Positions 23,418-35,606 of a DNA stretch of 64,000 nucleotides are shown here, piece by piece (position 1 is the stretch's first letter; each line of letters starts with the position of its first letter). A model generated the notes under the pieces. The model was not told where the DNA came from. It was given only the letters and a program-made list of their open reading frames with translations, and did not search any database. Both the position numbers and the translations under genes were made by a program. The stretch is from Mayamaea pseudoterrestris (Eukaryota), in NCBI GenBank assembly GCA_027923505.1, contig BROI01000012.1, forward strand, positions 310,001-374,000, read 5' to 3'.

Positions 23418-23525
23418 TCACCGCATTACGATTACGATGGCAGTATCATACTATTACGATGACAATGGCAGGATCATACTGTATTTCACCGCATTACGAT
23501 TACGATGGCATGATCATACTGTATA
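23418..23525. repeat. Short imperfect tandem duplication (68-bp period) upstream of the MINDY gene
   Basis: TCACCGCATTACGATTACGATGGCA at 23418 and 23486, with ATCATACT sub-repeats. Confidence 0.8.
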
Positions 23526-23622
23526 TATCACGACGATGACTATAGAGCCGACAAGAACTGTAGTAGATAAACAAGTTCTTCAAATGCTCGTCATGTTTCA
23601 TCCTGCGTCCTTCCACTCACTG

Positions 23623-26044
23623 TCAGTACTTTCCATTTAAACTCAAATGGTACGCAAGCCCTTTTTGCATAAACATTTTGAACATTTCGAATGCGGCAGC
23701 TCCAGCAGTGTCCGACGCCTTGTCTTGCAGTGACGGAAGTAAATTTTCCGTTGCCAACAAAAAGTTGTTGACCATGTTGGAACTCGTCGTGATGCTGTCG
23801 ACAACTTTCAGCAAGTTGAGCTTTTGAATTTCCATAATGTTGCGTTCCTCTTCGTTAGCGAGCGTCACCGTCAACGCATTACAAGCCGCGCACACGATGA
23901 CTCTCTTAAAAAAGTAGTGTCGCTTCGACTCGTCGACAGCATGAAACGTGTGGCACTCCATCAAGCCGTGTTTGATGAACGCACGACACATGGAAAAGGC
24001 TTCGATCGTCGTTTCTGCAAGCTCACCCTTTTTGTCATGCCATGATGGAACGGCGCACTGCATGGCATCCAAGCACCATTCCATCTCAATGCCTGCGTTC
24101 TCCAATGCGGTGGCGTTGAGCGTACGTGAGACGGTTTGGCGTCGTTGCAAAATGCCCAGCAGCTCCTTCCGGCAGGCCTGCAGCGCCAACGTTTCTTCGT
24201 CAGCACGTAATACTTGTATGCTTTCAAAACGGCCGTCATGGGCGACGGCATCAGATCAGCGGCATCACTGACTTTCGTAAGATCGGAAGCGTCCGTCTTG
24301 TATGGAGCAGGCGCGGCTACTGGCGGCAGCTTCGCATCGGCGGTATCAATGAAGGGTTCCGTAGAGTCGTTCGTCTTGAATCGCGTCGGCGCGCGGTCTC
24401 GCGCCATGCCGCTGGGATCATGCGACGCAAAGCGCTTGCGGGGCGCACTCGCTGCGGAGGACGATGACATTGAGGGGGACCAACGACTGGGTATAGGCAA
24501 TGTACGATGCATCACCTAGTTTGCGCAGAAAAAATGAGACTAAAATGCCCGTGCCCATGGTTGTCATGACGTAATCAGCAGGGTCTTGGTCCGCTCGATA
24601 GAGCTTCTTCAACCCATTGAATAAGGCTCTATAGTTGTTGATGAGGCCAGCACTGCAGCCCTGTTGCGCGAGCAGGTCGCGCTTTGCCTCCAGCAAGGAT
24701 CCAGTTAAAGTATTTTCTTCATTAACTTTGAAGATTTCCATACGATTTTTATATAAAGTGCTGGCCATGAACTGGTGAATCACATTGACACACAGGGCCG
24801 CGCCAATCTTAGTTTGCGACTTGTTTTGGAAAATGTCGGTAGCAAAGCTTAATGGATTCTTAACGTGCCCAGCGATTTTTCGTGACGCGTCAAAGAGAGG
24901 CTACATTGTATCGTGTTAGCTTCATGTTTGTACGTATGTATCCTGGTTGATATGTTTCATTTCACTTACATCTGTGGAGACTGGACCGTACACAAGGTGC
25001 GCCAATGAACGAGCTGTACTGCGCAACTTTCTGTTCGAGTCATCCTTCTTGTAAGCTGCCTGAAGAAAGCGCCGGAGCGTCGAATCATTGGAAGCACCAC
25101 CGTCGCCCAAAACCAAGGCATTGCCCACGGCGATCAAGAGAGCCATGATATTGGCATATGTCGCATGCTTGGACATACTGTCAATCTCGTAGGAAATGAC
25201 ATGCCCCGCGCCGCTTCCCGAGTCGGTCGCATAGTCGACGGCGCCTGGAACAAGCTGAGACGCCAGTGGAGCGGTAATGCACTTGGAGTCATGAGCAACG
25301 GCGTCCGACACGTTGATATGCATCATATGAATCTGGTCCTTATACCCAATGTGCTTTTGGTGCGAGGCTGTCGATTAAATTGTGTGTGAGAATGGAATGA
25401 ACCGTGACACACCAAGGAACTAAATACTTACCGATGGCATGAAGCATCAGCTTTTGGATTTCGTCGCCACCTTCTTCAACATCAAACAGCGGCAAGTCAA
25501 GGTTGGTACAGGCAACGACATATGCGATGAGAAGCTTTGCGGTTGCTTCATAGTATCCAGACTGTTGCGCCATGATCGTCTCCCAGTCAACGTTAACATT
25601 GGATACACCGACTTGGGAGGACTCATTTTGGATCTTTTTAATCGCAGCCCGCATATGATTGATTGCTTTACTCATTTGCTTGCAGACAATCTTGAACTGC
25701 TCCTCCGACTTTGTCAGAATGGAGTCGACATTACCTTGCTTGACGTAGTCGTCAACGTCCGTCAATTTATCCTTCAAACCATCTTTTATAGTCTGATCAT
25801 TCTTCTCATATTGACGTTGCGCTTCTTTGGATCCTCTGTTTGTCTTGCGTCGAGATTTGGGTTCTGGCTCCAAAAAGCTCTCATCGGATCCACTCTCGTC
25901 GTCGGATGGCTTGCCGTTGTCGTCATGCTTCTTTTGGACGTGAGTCATTTTGATCGTACGAGACAGTGAATCTGATCCCGTCGTTTCGACCTCTTCGTCT
26001 TCTGTATCCGAACTAAAAGAAAAATGGGTTGATTTGGATGGCAT
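23623..26044 (-). CDS. Hypothetical multi-exon gene; 3' structure unresolved and possibly disrupted
   Basis: Introns 25368-25431 and 24901-24969 (both GTAAGT...AG) join three ORFs in frame. The link between ~24520 and the 23623-24189 ORF could not be resolved by eye. Confidence 0.5.
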
Positions 26045-26251
26045 GGTATCGAGTATTGTAACCTTCAATGTTTGTTGCTTTTTGGACGTGAAGATGCGTC
26101 AATCGCCACCCTTTGGCAAAATGGGAGGCTGCCACAACGAGTGACGAACGTCAATGTTTGCGCGATCACTTAATCATGTTTGCATGATCACTTAACCTTG
26201 ATTGTCTTTAGGCTGTCACGTGTTTACAGACCTTGCCGAAATCGGCCCGTA

Positions 26252-26533
26252 TTCTCCATGGTCGAATTCAGCTCATCGGAAATCGCACTCGTCGAAAACC
26301 GGACTCTCGGAAAGTTGGTCCATCGCCAAATTGCATCGCAGCGATACTCAGTCGAGTCGCTCCAGTAGTGAGAGTGCTCCATCGCGACGAAATAATGGTA
26401 ATGGATGGCGCAGTCCTTTTTTCTCCATGGTCGAATTCGTGTTGTCGGAAATCGGCTTGGTCGAAAAACAGAACAATCGCCAAATTACGTCGCAGCGAAA
26501 CTCATTCGAGTCGCTCCGGTAGTGAAAGTGCTC
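26252..26533. repeat. Diverged direct repeat (26252-26379 and 26421-26533) in a divergent intergenic region
   Basis: Both copies read TTCTCCATGGTCGAATTC...TCGGAAATCG...GTCGAAAA...ATCGCCAAATT...TCGCAGCGA..CTCA.TCGAGTCGCTCC.GTAGTGA.AGTGCTC. Confidence 0.85.
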
Positions 26534-26700
26534 AACCGCGACTAAATTTTTCGACGCAAGCACGATCCGAACTCCGTATCACTCACCCACCAGCACAAGC
26601 AAAGCCATCATACAAAATGAACATCCAGCAAGCAACGAAAGGCAAACAACAAAATTTTACATCACATCATAATCTACTAGTCAATTACTATAAAATAACC

Positions 26701-29301
26701 ATGTCGACTGCTGACATGACGACCATGGACGTGGAGCAGGCAAATGCTGGAGACTCTGCTGTCAGCAATCACCGCAATCGCAATATCGTCGTGCGCCTCG
26801 TTCTTGCCACTTGCGCCGTGGCATTGATTGCCTGCGCCATTGGAATTCCCTTGGCGCGGCGCAACAATCATGACAGTGAAGAACAAGAACAGGTGGAGAC
26901 AACGTCAGAGTCGGGTGAGTCGTCATTGAAGGGAGTGCAGTGCTCTAATCGTCGTGTTGCGTCTTGCTCACTCGTTCCATTCACATTGTCTTACACACTT
27001 GCAGGAGGCGCCACTTCCTCGTCATCATCGAATCTTTCCTACTTTGGCGCCAACGTGGTCCAGCAGTACGAGTCCAAAGATGAACTTGGTGCCGACTTGC
27101 AGTCGGCCGGCTACTTGTTGATCAATCAAGTCGTCAAGCGCAACACGCACGTGCCGGGCTACGACTCGGCCGGCTACGGGCAATCCAATCCGTACGCGAC
27201 AAGCGATAGTGATAACAATACTGGCGGCAACACTCCCGAAGCATCCACTATCACAAACAGCGACGCGACGCGCGATTCCTCCTCCACGACGGACTACGGC
27301 ACCAACAATCAGGAAGACGGCGTCGAGGAGGGCGATTTGGTGGTTTCCGACGGCAATGTGACTTACGCAGCCTACGGCGACTACATAATTGCGTTTCGTG
27401 CTCGGACGGGTGAACAAGTGTTGGAGCTGCGCATGCCCTTCAACAAGACGACGGACGACAATTGGTACGGCGGGCCGGCCGATACTGGCATGCTCATTGA
27501 TTCGCGCATCATGATGCGCATGCCATCGATTCGCACGCTCGTCGTTCACGAGGAAAGCAAGCGTCTCTTGGTGATTTGCGATGGACTGGCGCCGTATAAC
27601 ATTGCGGAAACTAAAGACGCTGCACTGCCCATTCTCTTTGAACGCTACGGCACGCACCTTCGTCTCTACGACACAAACAGTCTTCTTGCGGGCAACATGG
27701 AGCCCTTGACCACTTACGACGTGAACGGCAATTTCAACGCCGTCCGAGTGATTGACGGAAACGCCCACGTCATGACGACGACGGGCGTCGACACCAACGC
27801 TTATTTGATTGCGCCCTTTGAAAGAAGCAACTACGCCAACATGACGGATGATGAATTCGTGGCGGCCGTCCAAACCAAGGCGGATCAGGCAGTGGCAGAC
27901 TTTACCACCAAGCTTTTGAGTGAAATTACCCTTCCCAGCGGCGTCGTTCCAAATTTGGCGCGGATTAGTCTCTACGCCGACGAGTCGAGTGTTAATGATG
28001 GAAAAAATGAACCCATTGTTGCTCCCATGAACTTGTACGCGCAAATCACCTCGTTCAGTATGACTGGCAACACGATTGACCCGACGGCATCGGGAACCTT
28101 TTCCAGCGACTACTGGGCCCGCTTTTACGCCTCCACCGACACCATTGTCATTAGCACGCAAGGATCCAAGACGATTGAACTGCTGACGCGTCCCGACGGC
28201 ATGGAGAGACACACGTCGATTGAGCAAACGTATTTCACCTCCTTTACCATTGACGGAGTCACAACGACGCCACACTCGGTTGGTAAAGTCAATGGATACT
28301 TGCTGAACGAGTATGCCATGGATGTTTTGGAAGATGAGCTTCGCGTCGCCGTTACAGTGTGGAACAGTACGTGGGTGTATGATCCAAACTGGCAAGTGGA
28401 CGACACCATTATTCCGGTGCAGGAAGGTGGTCGGCGGCAATTGAGACGACGACGCATGCAAACCACCACTGAAACGGTTGCTCCCGAGGATGACTGGATG
28501 CTTCCGAACGACGACGTGACGCAAAACTTTGTCATTGTCTTGCAAATGCCCGGCCCCAGCAGCGAGCAGCCGGGCGAAATGCAGATGGTTGGTCAGGTGC
28601 AGATTGGCAAGCCCGACGAAACCATTACTGCTGTGCGATTCTTTGACTCGATTGGGTATGCCGTCACGTTTGAGCAGACGGATCCGTTTTACGTACTCGA
28701 CCTTGCCAATGGTCCCTCCATTCTCGGAGAGGTTGAGATTACTGGATTCTCCAGCTATTTGCACCCCATCAACGACGACAATACCTTGATCCTCGCCATT
28801 GGTCAGGAAGCAGACGATCAAGGCCAAGTCCTTGGCTTGCAGCTCACAATCTTTGACATGAGCAGTCCTTCGTCGCCAGTGGTGCTTTTTCGTCATCAGA
28901 TTGAGACGAGCACCAACGTTGGCTCGTACAGCGATGCGCTATGGGACTTCAAGGCTGCTCGCTACAGCGCCGGACACTTGATTCTTCCCATGGACATGTA
29001 CCCCATGTACGCCAATGCGACTGACATTGAAGCCTTTCATGGGTTTCGCACGTTTGCCGTTGACGAGAGTGGCATTATTGAGGAATGCAGCATCAACAAT
29101 GATTTAGGCACTTCAGATGCAAATAGCTGCTACTGCGGCGGAGGCTTGCCGCGGCGCAGCATGATCTTTGACGGAAACGTGGTGACCATGCAGAGCGACG
29201 TTGTCATGAGCACCAACATGAACAGCTGTCAGCAGCAGTGGCAGACGATTATTGATGCTGGCGATTCCACGAATCAAGATTGCTGCGGCGGAATTTGGTA
29301 G
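26701..29301 (+). CDS. Membrane-anchored beta-propeller protein (bacterial-type Beta_propel family); probable in-frame intron 26915-27004
   Basis: TNNQEDGVEEGDLVVSDG, GYLLNEYAMD, GKPDETITAVRF, YAVTFEQTDPFYVLDL and GEVEITGFSSYLHP. N-terminal TM helix. A 90-nt GTGAGT...TGCAG segment has no stop. Confidence 0.82.
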   Translation: MSTADMTTMDVEQANAGDSAVSNHRNRNIVVRLVLATCAVALIACAIGIPLARRNNHDSEEQEQVETTSESGESSLKGVQCSNRRVASCSLVPFTLSYTLAGGATSSSSSNLSYFGANVVQQYESKDELGADLQSAGYLLINQVVKRNTHVPGYDSAGYGQSNPYATSDSDNNTGGNTPEASTITNSDATRDSSSTTDYGTNNQEDGVEEGDLVVSDGNVTYAAYGDYIIAFRARTGEQVLELRMPFNKTTDDNWYGGPADTGMLIDSRIMMRMPSIRTLVVHEESKRLLVICDGLAPYNIAETKDAALPILFERYGTHLRLYDTNSLLAGNMEPLTTYDVNGNFNAVRVIDGNAHVMTTTGVDTNAYLIAPFERSNYANMTDDEFVAAVQTKADQAVADFTTKLLSEITLPSGVVPNLARISLYADESSVNDGKNEPIVAPMNLYAQITSFSMTGNTIDPTASGTFSSDYWARFYASTDTIVISTQGSKTIELLTRPDGMERHTSIEQTYFTSFTIDGVTTTPHSVGKVNGYLLNEYAMDVLEDELRVAVTVWNSTWVYDPNWQVDDTIIPVQEGGRRQLRRRRMQTTTETVAPEDDWMLPNDDVTQNFVIVLQMPGPSSEQPGEMQMVGQVQIGKPDETITAVRFFDSIGYAVTFEQTDPFYVLDLANGPSILGEVEITGFSSYLHPINDDNTLILAIGQEADDQGQVLGLQLTIFDMSSPSSPVVLFRHQIETSTNVGSYSDALWDFKAARYSAGHLILPMDMYPMYANATDIEAFHGFRTFAVDESGIIEECSINNDLGTSDANSCYCGGGLPRRSMIFDGNVVTMQSDVVMSTNMNSCQQQWQTIIDAGDSTNQDCCGGIW

Positions 29302-29359
29302 TTTCATTTATAAAACGAGTGCATGAGAATTAAAAGCATTTCATACCTGTATAAGCACA

Positions 29360-31045
29360 TTAATTTATAATTAGATCATTTACAAGCAAATCATCTTCAT
29401 GCAGTAATTGTAGCCACAGCGCCATTTCCGGCGGCAGATTCGTAGTCAGCGGATGATGCCTTGACTCCCTCGAGATGCCTCTGAAGTAGTTGACCATGGA
29501 GTGAGCAGCAAGCGTGGAGCGCGTCGTGCTCTTTTCGGCTGCTGTCACTGCCACTTCCATCCACTGCTCCGGCGTCAGCAAGTAGTGCGGCTTGTTCACG
29601 TCAAAATGAACGACATGACCACGCACTCCACCCAGTTTGCGAGCCGCCCTGCCACGTAGATTCCTTTGATGCGACGGCAGTGCATTCTTGGTAACTTCGG
29701 CGACAAAGTCTCCTTGGCACTGATCCGATAACGTGACGAAGCGATGGTAACGCTTTTGCAGCATGCTGCGCAACCGCGGTGCCTGCGCCATGGCCGACTG
29801 GAGAAACAAGTGGTCGGCCACTTGCGGAGCGCCAAACGTCCACAGTGTCAGCTTGGATACTGGCACTTGCGGAAAGTTGAGCAATATGTCGAGCGCCATG
29901 ACTGCGAGCACGAACAAGGAAAAGGTGAAAAACAGTGAGTATCATGTTTGCGACACTCGACGCAACGCAACTCTACAAGACTCACTCGTCGCAATGCCGC
30001 CACCGAGCGAGTGGCCCACCAGTTGCACCTCGCGTCCACTTTGCAAAACATGGACGACTAGCTCGCGCAGAATGGTCATGAGTTTCGTGTTGTGCACCCG
30101 ACAGCTTCCATTCTTGCGGCGGTGCACCAGGGGACTATTACTACTTGTCGAGTTTGTCGAATGTACATTCTTCAATGTATCCGCTGGATGATAAAGCCAG
30201 CAGTTACCAAAGTCTCGGTCCAATATTGGAATCATTGACAACGTTCCATTACCACGCGTCTCGTTGCGTCGCCCCAGTCGTACGACGGACCCCCGCTCGA
30301 CGCGCCCGTAGGCATTCAAAAAGCCCCGATGCATGGACCCATTCACGTGAAACAATTGACCATGCTTGGCAGGCTCAAAGGTTTGCATGTTCGTGAAAGC
30401 ATCGGCCAACGAAACCGTGCCGCCAAAGGCCAACTGCAAGTTGTGGTGAATGTCCAACGAAACGAGCAAGTCCGTGTCGTGAAAGTTGACGCCGGGCGCC
30501 AGCGATGGCTCGTGCCAGTTGTAAAAGTAGTAAACAAAGGTGTATTCGTCGTTGCGTTTGCCGTCTTGTTGAACAAGGTTCCTTGGCATTGTCGATTGTC
30601 GCTTGCTTTCGAAGCAAAGCATTGGACTTGCCTGTAGCAGCAGCGCGACAATCGACTGCCTCCATGTTTTTGCAGCAATGATTAAGGAAAAGCCAGTGAT
30701 ATAACCACTTGATTCTACGATTGGTTGCTTGTGAAAGTGCCAATAGGCCAAGCTCGCCAATACGGCCATGCGATAGGCACGCTCGGGTTGACGGAAACGG
30801 TGTTTGTATAAAGCGCAGCGAGTGCGATTCACATGTTTCTTTTTGCGTTTCTTCTTATTGCGTTGCGTTTTCTTCAAAACAGTAGTGTTAGCATTTTGCT
30901 TTTGCATTTTCAAATCGTTTTTACTCTGAAACCATGATCGTTTCGAAACTCCATCGTCAGCTGCTGCTGCCGTCTCATTCGTCGATGCGCTTGCAACTCG
31001 AGACAAGAGACTCCATAGCAGTAGCAAGCATGGAGAGGACTTCAT
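29360..31045 (-). CDS. Class 3 lipase with signal peptide, intron 29902-29985
   Basis: AFGGT, MHRGFLNAY, VGHSLGG, TFGAPQV and HSMVNY. Splicing joins GGIAT to IMALDI. Confidence 0.88.
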
Positions 31046-31378
31046 GCTACCTCATGGTAATGATGAACGTCAAGCTATGTAAATGTAATGTAGAGCTGCC
31101 AATAGTCGGCATCGATTAATGATTAATGCAAGTGACGAATCGATGATTGACATCAAGGTGCGCAATTATCGTAGCGGTACTCTTTCAAAACCACTGCGAT
31201 TTCAAATCAAAACCGCTACGACGCCAAGCATGCGGCGCTCGCTTCGTTCGTCCACACACAAACACAGCTGCTGCAGTCGACTCCAATATAGTATCCTTGT
31301 CTCTGCTTACAACCTAAAAGTTATATAAGTAATTAACTCAAATCTACGAAAGCTGCAATTATCAAGAAAGATCTAATC

Positions 31379-34300
31379 ATGTCAAGCAGAATGAGGGACA
31401 ATGACGGCGACAACGACGACGGTGACGAAAACAACAATTACATGGACGAACAACATGAGCAAGCCGATTCCGACGACGACAGCCACAACAATGACATGGA
31501 GGCGGACGAACTCATGGCGGAAAAGGAGGATCCCTTGCTCTTGGCGATTGACGATTTGGAGGGTCGCGTCGTGGCGGCCATTGACGACATTAAAATGTAT
31601 GATACATCATCAGTGTCATTCGATAACAACAACAATACTACCACAAATTCAATACGCGAACAACTTGCATCACTCTTCAAACCCATTTTGGAAGTCGCCG
31701 CGCACACGGCTCCATCCATCGCCCGCACCTATTCACAAACCAACTTGGAGGAGAGCGTGCAGCTCGTCTACGACCGCATCGTTTCGGATTTGATACTGCC
31801 GGTGACGTTGGAAATGGTGCAATCCGATCTCAGTGTCATCAAGCGGGGCGTGACACTGGATTTCTTTAAACTCTTGTACAAGGAATCGACAAGGGCGGGG
31901 AGTTGGTTGGACAGTGAAACGGCGAGTGGACTGCAGGCGGGTCCTTACGGCGCTGGAGGCGGAGCGCACAAGCAAGGAGGCGGCGCCACTACCATTACAC
32001 CAGTCTTTTTAGCAACCATGAAGCGCCGGCAGGGCAAGAAACTAGCGCGACAGGGCGAAATGCTGCGCTACTGGGTGGAAGCCTCCATTGCCTGTCTGCA
32101 GCCGGGTGTGTTTACTCATCACGATGCGGACGCTAGCATTTCCAGTCGCGGCATTTTGGCCGCGTCGAGTAGCTTGACGCCCAGCTTGTGGCACATTTCC
32201 TCGCGCATCAAGGATGCCGACGATCGCGGCGCGAATCGATTGTACGCGCCAGTCATGAAAATGGTCGAGGCCGTGTTGAACAAGCTCTATGTGGAAATAG
32301 ATAAGCCGCTGGAGCAAGTCACGAGCGCCTGCGTCAAGTTTATGGAAATACTAGTGCTTTGCTGCTCGCCCAAGGAGCAAAATGCTAGTGCGCAGCGGCG
32401 CAAGGGTGCAGCAAGCACTGAAACGACGTTTTCGCTCGACGACTTACCCACGGGTCATCCAATCATTACGCGGCAGGCGCTCGAGTCCATTGCCGACTAT
32501 GCCTTTACAGCTCTGCGAGGCATGGTGCTGCTGGGCGGACAGCTGAAAATGGATGCCAATCTATTGGCGGACACTGTCAAGAATGCTTCGTCGAACAGTA
32601 ATAATGGAGCCTTGCCGTCGGCCATGGTGGTTTCCATATTGAAGCCAGCGGCGCTGGCGTACTTGGAGATTGAATCAAATCTACCAAGACTGGACGACGA
32701 CGTGAACGTCTTGCTGGACTACAAGCTTGACACTAGCAGTTTGGAGTTTGATGTTCGCCTCCAGCAAAAGTCCCACGTGCTAGCAATCAACGCCCTTTCC
32801 ACACTGGCGACCAACCGACCCGTTTTTTTCAAGGAAGCTGCCGTTTGCTTGGCGCGACGAAACGTATTTCCGCCCGTCGAAGATGGAACATTTAATCGCT
32901 CCGCCGTGTTAGTTGTGACGCAGGCGCTCAAGGCTTCGTGTTTGACGTTGCTTCGAAACTCCATGTCCGTCACGACCAATTGCTTCGACTGCTTGCGCGA
33001 AACACTGCGTCGCGTTAACATGGAGACGCAGGCGATCAAAGCCTTGAGCATGGCCAAGCAAGCGAACGCACTCAAAACGGCTGGTCGCGCCGCGCGAAAC
33101 CGGGCCAACATTTACTACGAGTGGGATGTTGATGAAACGGGACGACAAAGCAAGCGCCAACGGGAAACGGATGACGCCTTGGCGCAAATGCGAGCGGCCA
33201 AGGCGGCGCGCGGTTTAGGACATGGTATTCATCTTCCGACGAACATGACGGAGGCAATTGAATTGGTGCTGTTGAATTTGGAAAATCTGGCAACGACTGC
33301 TCCAGTCAAGTCGAACAAGGAGCCGGATCGAGTTGTTCCTTTTACATTAGAGTTTCTTGTGGATGCCATCTTGACAAATGGGGCGTCCTTGTCGCAGGAG
33401 GAAGGCAAGTGGTACGAGCGTAACGGAGGCACTGCGTTTGCCGTTGATGTACGGGCGGATGAAACGGTGACGGTTGGCTCGCAACTTTGTCGCGTACTAA
33501 GCGATACCGAGAATAAGGTGGACCATGAGCTTTTCCAAAAACAATGCAATTTAGCGAGTGCAAATGCATCGTCTCGGATCATGGCAAACTCGTCTAATTT
33601 TCGCTCCAAAGGTCTGGTTGATATTTCGCATCGCATCAGTGCCCGACTAGCATTTACACTGCGGGGAGTACAGCCCGATGAGTATCAACAAGCATCAATT
33701 TTACTGGCAAAGGATAGCATCGATGATGTGCAGAAACTATTGGGTGAAAACGAAGCCAATGCTTGCCGAGAATTTCTGGATACATATCCGCTTGCGGCTG
33801 CTGGTCTCGCAAAAAGTGCCACGCCGCTGCCGAGCAGTCATGAAACGACTGGAAACTTCGACAGCTCCTTGGCGTTGAGACTCTTGAATGAAGCGCTGGT
33901 GATAACGTGGACTGACACAAACAAGGCAAACCTGTCGTTGTATGATACCGCTCTTTTACTTTACATTGCTTCAACGATTGCAGTCGGACGGTTGGCGAAG
34001 GACAAGCCAAGCGACTTGAGTCGGCGAGGAGCAGCATCAAGATCTGTCGTTGAATTCTATCAAAACCTGAACAAGCTCCCTAGTTTGACGAAAAGCTCTC
34101 TATTGCTTGTCGGTGCGTTGTGCGACATTGATGCGTTGACGAACAAGACTGCAGAAGCATTAAAGAAATCACAAGAATCAGTTGCATCGTCTGCTGCAGC
34201 TCATGCTTTAAAGGTGGTCGCCGACAAACGTGCAACTACTGCACTTTACATATTCCGTGATGCAGCATTTCAAAGGGATGAAATTGTTACGAGAAAAGCT

Positions 34301-35551
34301 GCTGTTGATACAGCAGTTGCTGTAGCTACTGGACGATTGCCGTCGACTGGCATGGTTCAGGATAATGCGCGAAAGCTTGTAATGAATCTTCTCTTTACCC
34401 GGAACGACAAACTGGCCGCATTAGTTATTGACGCCGCAAACTCAGATTTACGCTATTTTGCCGATCTCGCGATCTCGTCTTTTGATTCGATTAAAAGTGC
34501 AAACATGAAGACTGAAAAGAGCGAAACGCAGAGACTTAATCCGCTCCTGCCTCAAAGTGAAGAAGAGAAACTTATGATGGATCGCTTGAGACCTCCTGCT
34601 TTGTTGTTTATGGCGATTTGTGTAAAGAAGCCCGATATGATACAGTCATTTTTCCAAGTCTCGTCGGGAGAAGGCGCAGATACCTTGTCAAAGACTGTCC
34701 GGTCGGCCATGCCGATACTTGCCCGAGCGGTTGCAGCGCAGCATGGAGTTGCCGCTATATCTCTCCAGGTAGCCTCGCTTTGTGGTTCGGCAGAGACTCC
34801 CTTATTGCTTTCCTTTCTTGAAAATATGGCTCCATTTGCTGGTAAGATCGGCGCCGAAGATGACTTGGCCGAGGCATGCTTCTCGATACAGAAGGTTAAG
34901 GCAAATGAGAAGGGCGAGATGGATCCACGTTTCATCATCCCTGTTGTACAAGTCATGAAGCGCCACATTTTGATTGAACGATTACCGGAGTTTGTATTGG
35001 CTGACGAGAAAATTCTCTTGGCGGCACTTGTAAGAATGTGCGATCGTCAGCAACGAAATGCACTTGTCTTTCGAGAAGAACCAGACGAAGCCAGCCCATC
35101 GCTGCGCGGTATGACATTCTGTGAAGAGCTTGTCTACTTGCATCAACTTGACTTTGCCGCGAAGGAGATACCCCAGAAACAATATCTTGCAGCTATCAAG
35201 CTTTGTCTTGAGCACGATGAAATTTTCACTGACCGGGTTGTTATGGCTGCCCTCGAATACATGAGTGGAAGATTTTTGGCTGCGGAGGAAGTTTTGCCAC
35301 TAGCTTTCATGCGCACTGTCATTTTGACGTGTACCAAGCACGAGAGCTTGCAAGGTTGGATCGCGAACGTCTTGCTGACCCGCCTAGTCGATGGCAAGAT
35401 CTATGAGGATGCGCGGCAGTGGGAAGGATGGATGAGGTGCGCACACATGCTTGAAAAAAGCGACGATCCGTCAGCTAACGCTGCAGAAGCGATTGGTAAG
35501 CTTCCCTCGGGCCAACTCGAGCAGTACCAGCGGAAATGGGCGGGAAGATAG
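31379..35551 (+). CDS. SYMPK: Symplekin/Pta1-like pre-mRNA 3'-processing scaffold, 1390 aa
   Basis: Helical-repeat protein with N-terminal CVKFMEILVL...FSLDDLPTGHP and C-terminal DPRFIIPV, LPLAFMRTVIL and QWEGWMRC. Confidence 0.8.
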   Translation: MSSRMRDNDGDNDDGDENNNYMDEQHEQADSDDDSHNNDMEADELMAEKEDPLLLAIDDLEGRVVAAIDDIKMYDTSSVSFDNNNNTTTNSIREQLASLFKPILEVAAHTAPSIARTYSQTNLEESVQLVYDRIVSDLILPVTLEMVQSDLSVIKRGVTLDFFKLLYKESTRAGSWLDSETASGLQAGPYGAGGGAHKQGGGATTITPVFLATMKRRQGKKLARQGEMLRYWVEASIACLQPGVFTHHDADASISSRGILAASSSLTPSLWHISSRIKDADDRGANRLYAPVMKMVEAVLNKLYVEIDKPLEQVTSACVKFMEILVLCCSPKEQNASAQRRKGAASTETTFSLDDLPTGHPIITRQALESIADYAFTALRGMVLLGGQLKMDANLLADTVKNASSNSNNGALPSAMVVSILKPAALAYLEIESNLPRLDDDVNVLLDYKLDTSSLEFDVRLQQKSHVLAINALSTLATNRPVFFKEAAVCLARRNVFPPVEDGTFNRSAVLVVTQALKASCLTLLRNSMSVTTNCFDCLRETLRRVNMETQAIKALSMAKQANALKTAGRAARNRANIYYEWDVDETGRQSKRQRETDDALAQMRAAKAARGLGHGIHLPTNMTEAIELVLLNLENLATTAPVKSNKEPDRVVPFTLEFLVDAILTNGASLSQEEGKWYERNGGTAFAVDVRADETVTVGSQLCRVLSDTENKVDHELFQKQCNLASANASSRIMANSSNFRSKGLVDISHRISARLAFTLRGVQPDEYQQASILLAKDSIDDVQKLLGENEANACREFLDTYPLAAAGLAKSATPLPSSHETTGNFDSSLALRLLNEALVITWTDTNKANLSLYDTALLLYIASTIAVGRLAKDKPSDLSRRGAASRSVVEFYQNLNKLPSLTKSSLLLVGALCDIDALTNKTAEALKKSQESVASSAAAHALKVVADKRATTALYIFRDAAFQRDEIVTRKAAVDTAVAVATGRLPSTGMVQDNARKLVMNLLFTRNDKLAALVIDAANSDLRYFADLAISSFDSIKSANMKTEKSETQRLNPLLPQSEEEKLMMDRLRPPALLFMAICVKKPDMIQSFFQVSSGEGADTLSKTVRSAMPILARAVAAQHGVAAISLQVASLCGSAETPLLLSFLENMAPFAGKIGAEDDLAEACFSIQKVKANEKGEMDPRFIIPVVQVMKRHILIERLPEFVLADEKILLAALVRMCDRQQRNALVFREEPDEASPSLRGMTFCEELVYLHQLDFAAKEIPQKQYLAAIKLCLEHDEIFTDRVVMAALEYMSGRFLAAEEVLPLAFMRTVILTCTKHESLQGWIANVLLTRLVDGKIYEDARQWEGWMRCAHMLEKSDDPSANAAEAIGKLPSGQLEQYQRKWAGR

Positions 35552-35606
35552 CGTAATTGAGTGATTGGAATGTAGTAAAAGGCTATAACCTATAGTTGCA
35601 TTTTAT

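Noticed and set aside
24901..24933. 33-nt intron using the GTACAA donor
   Set aside because: Too short; the GTAAGT donor at 24969 gives a 69-nt frame-preserving intron.
26233..26700. N-terminal extension of the 1022-aa ORF
   Set aside because: It starts at TTG and crosses the intergenic repeat; ATG 26701 before the TM helix is the more plausible start.
27025..28896. 623-aa antisense ORF
   Set aside because: A shadow of the beta-propeller gene caused by codon bias; it has no motifs.
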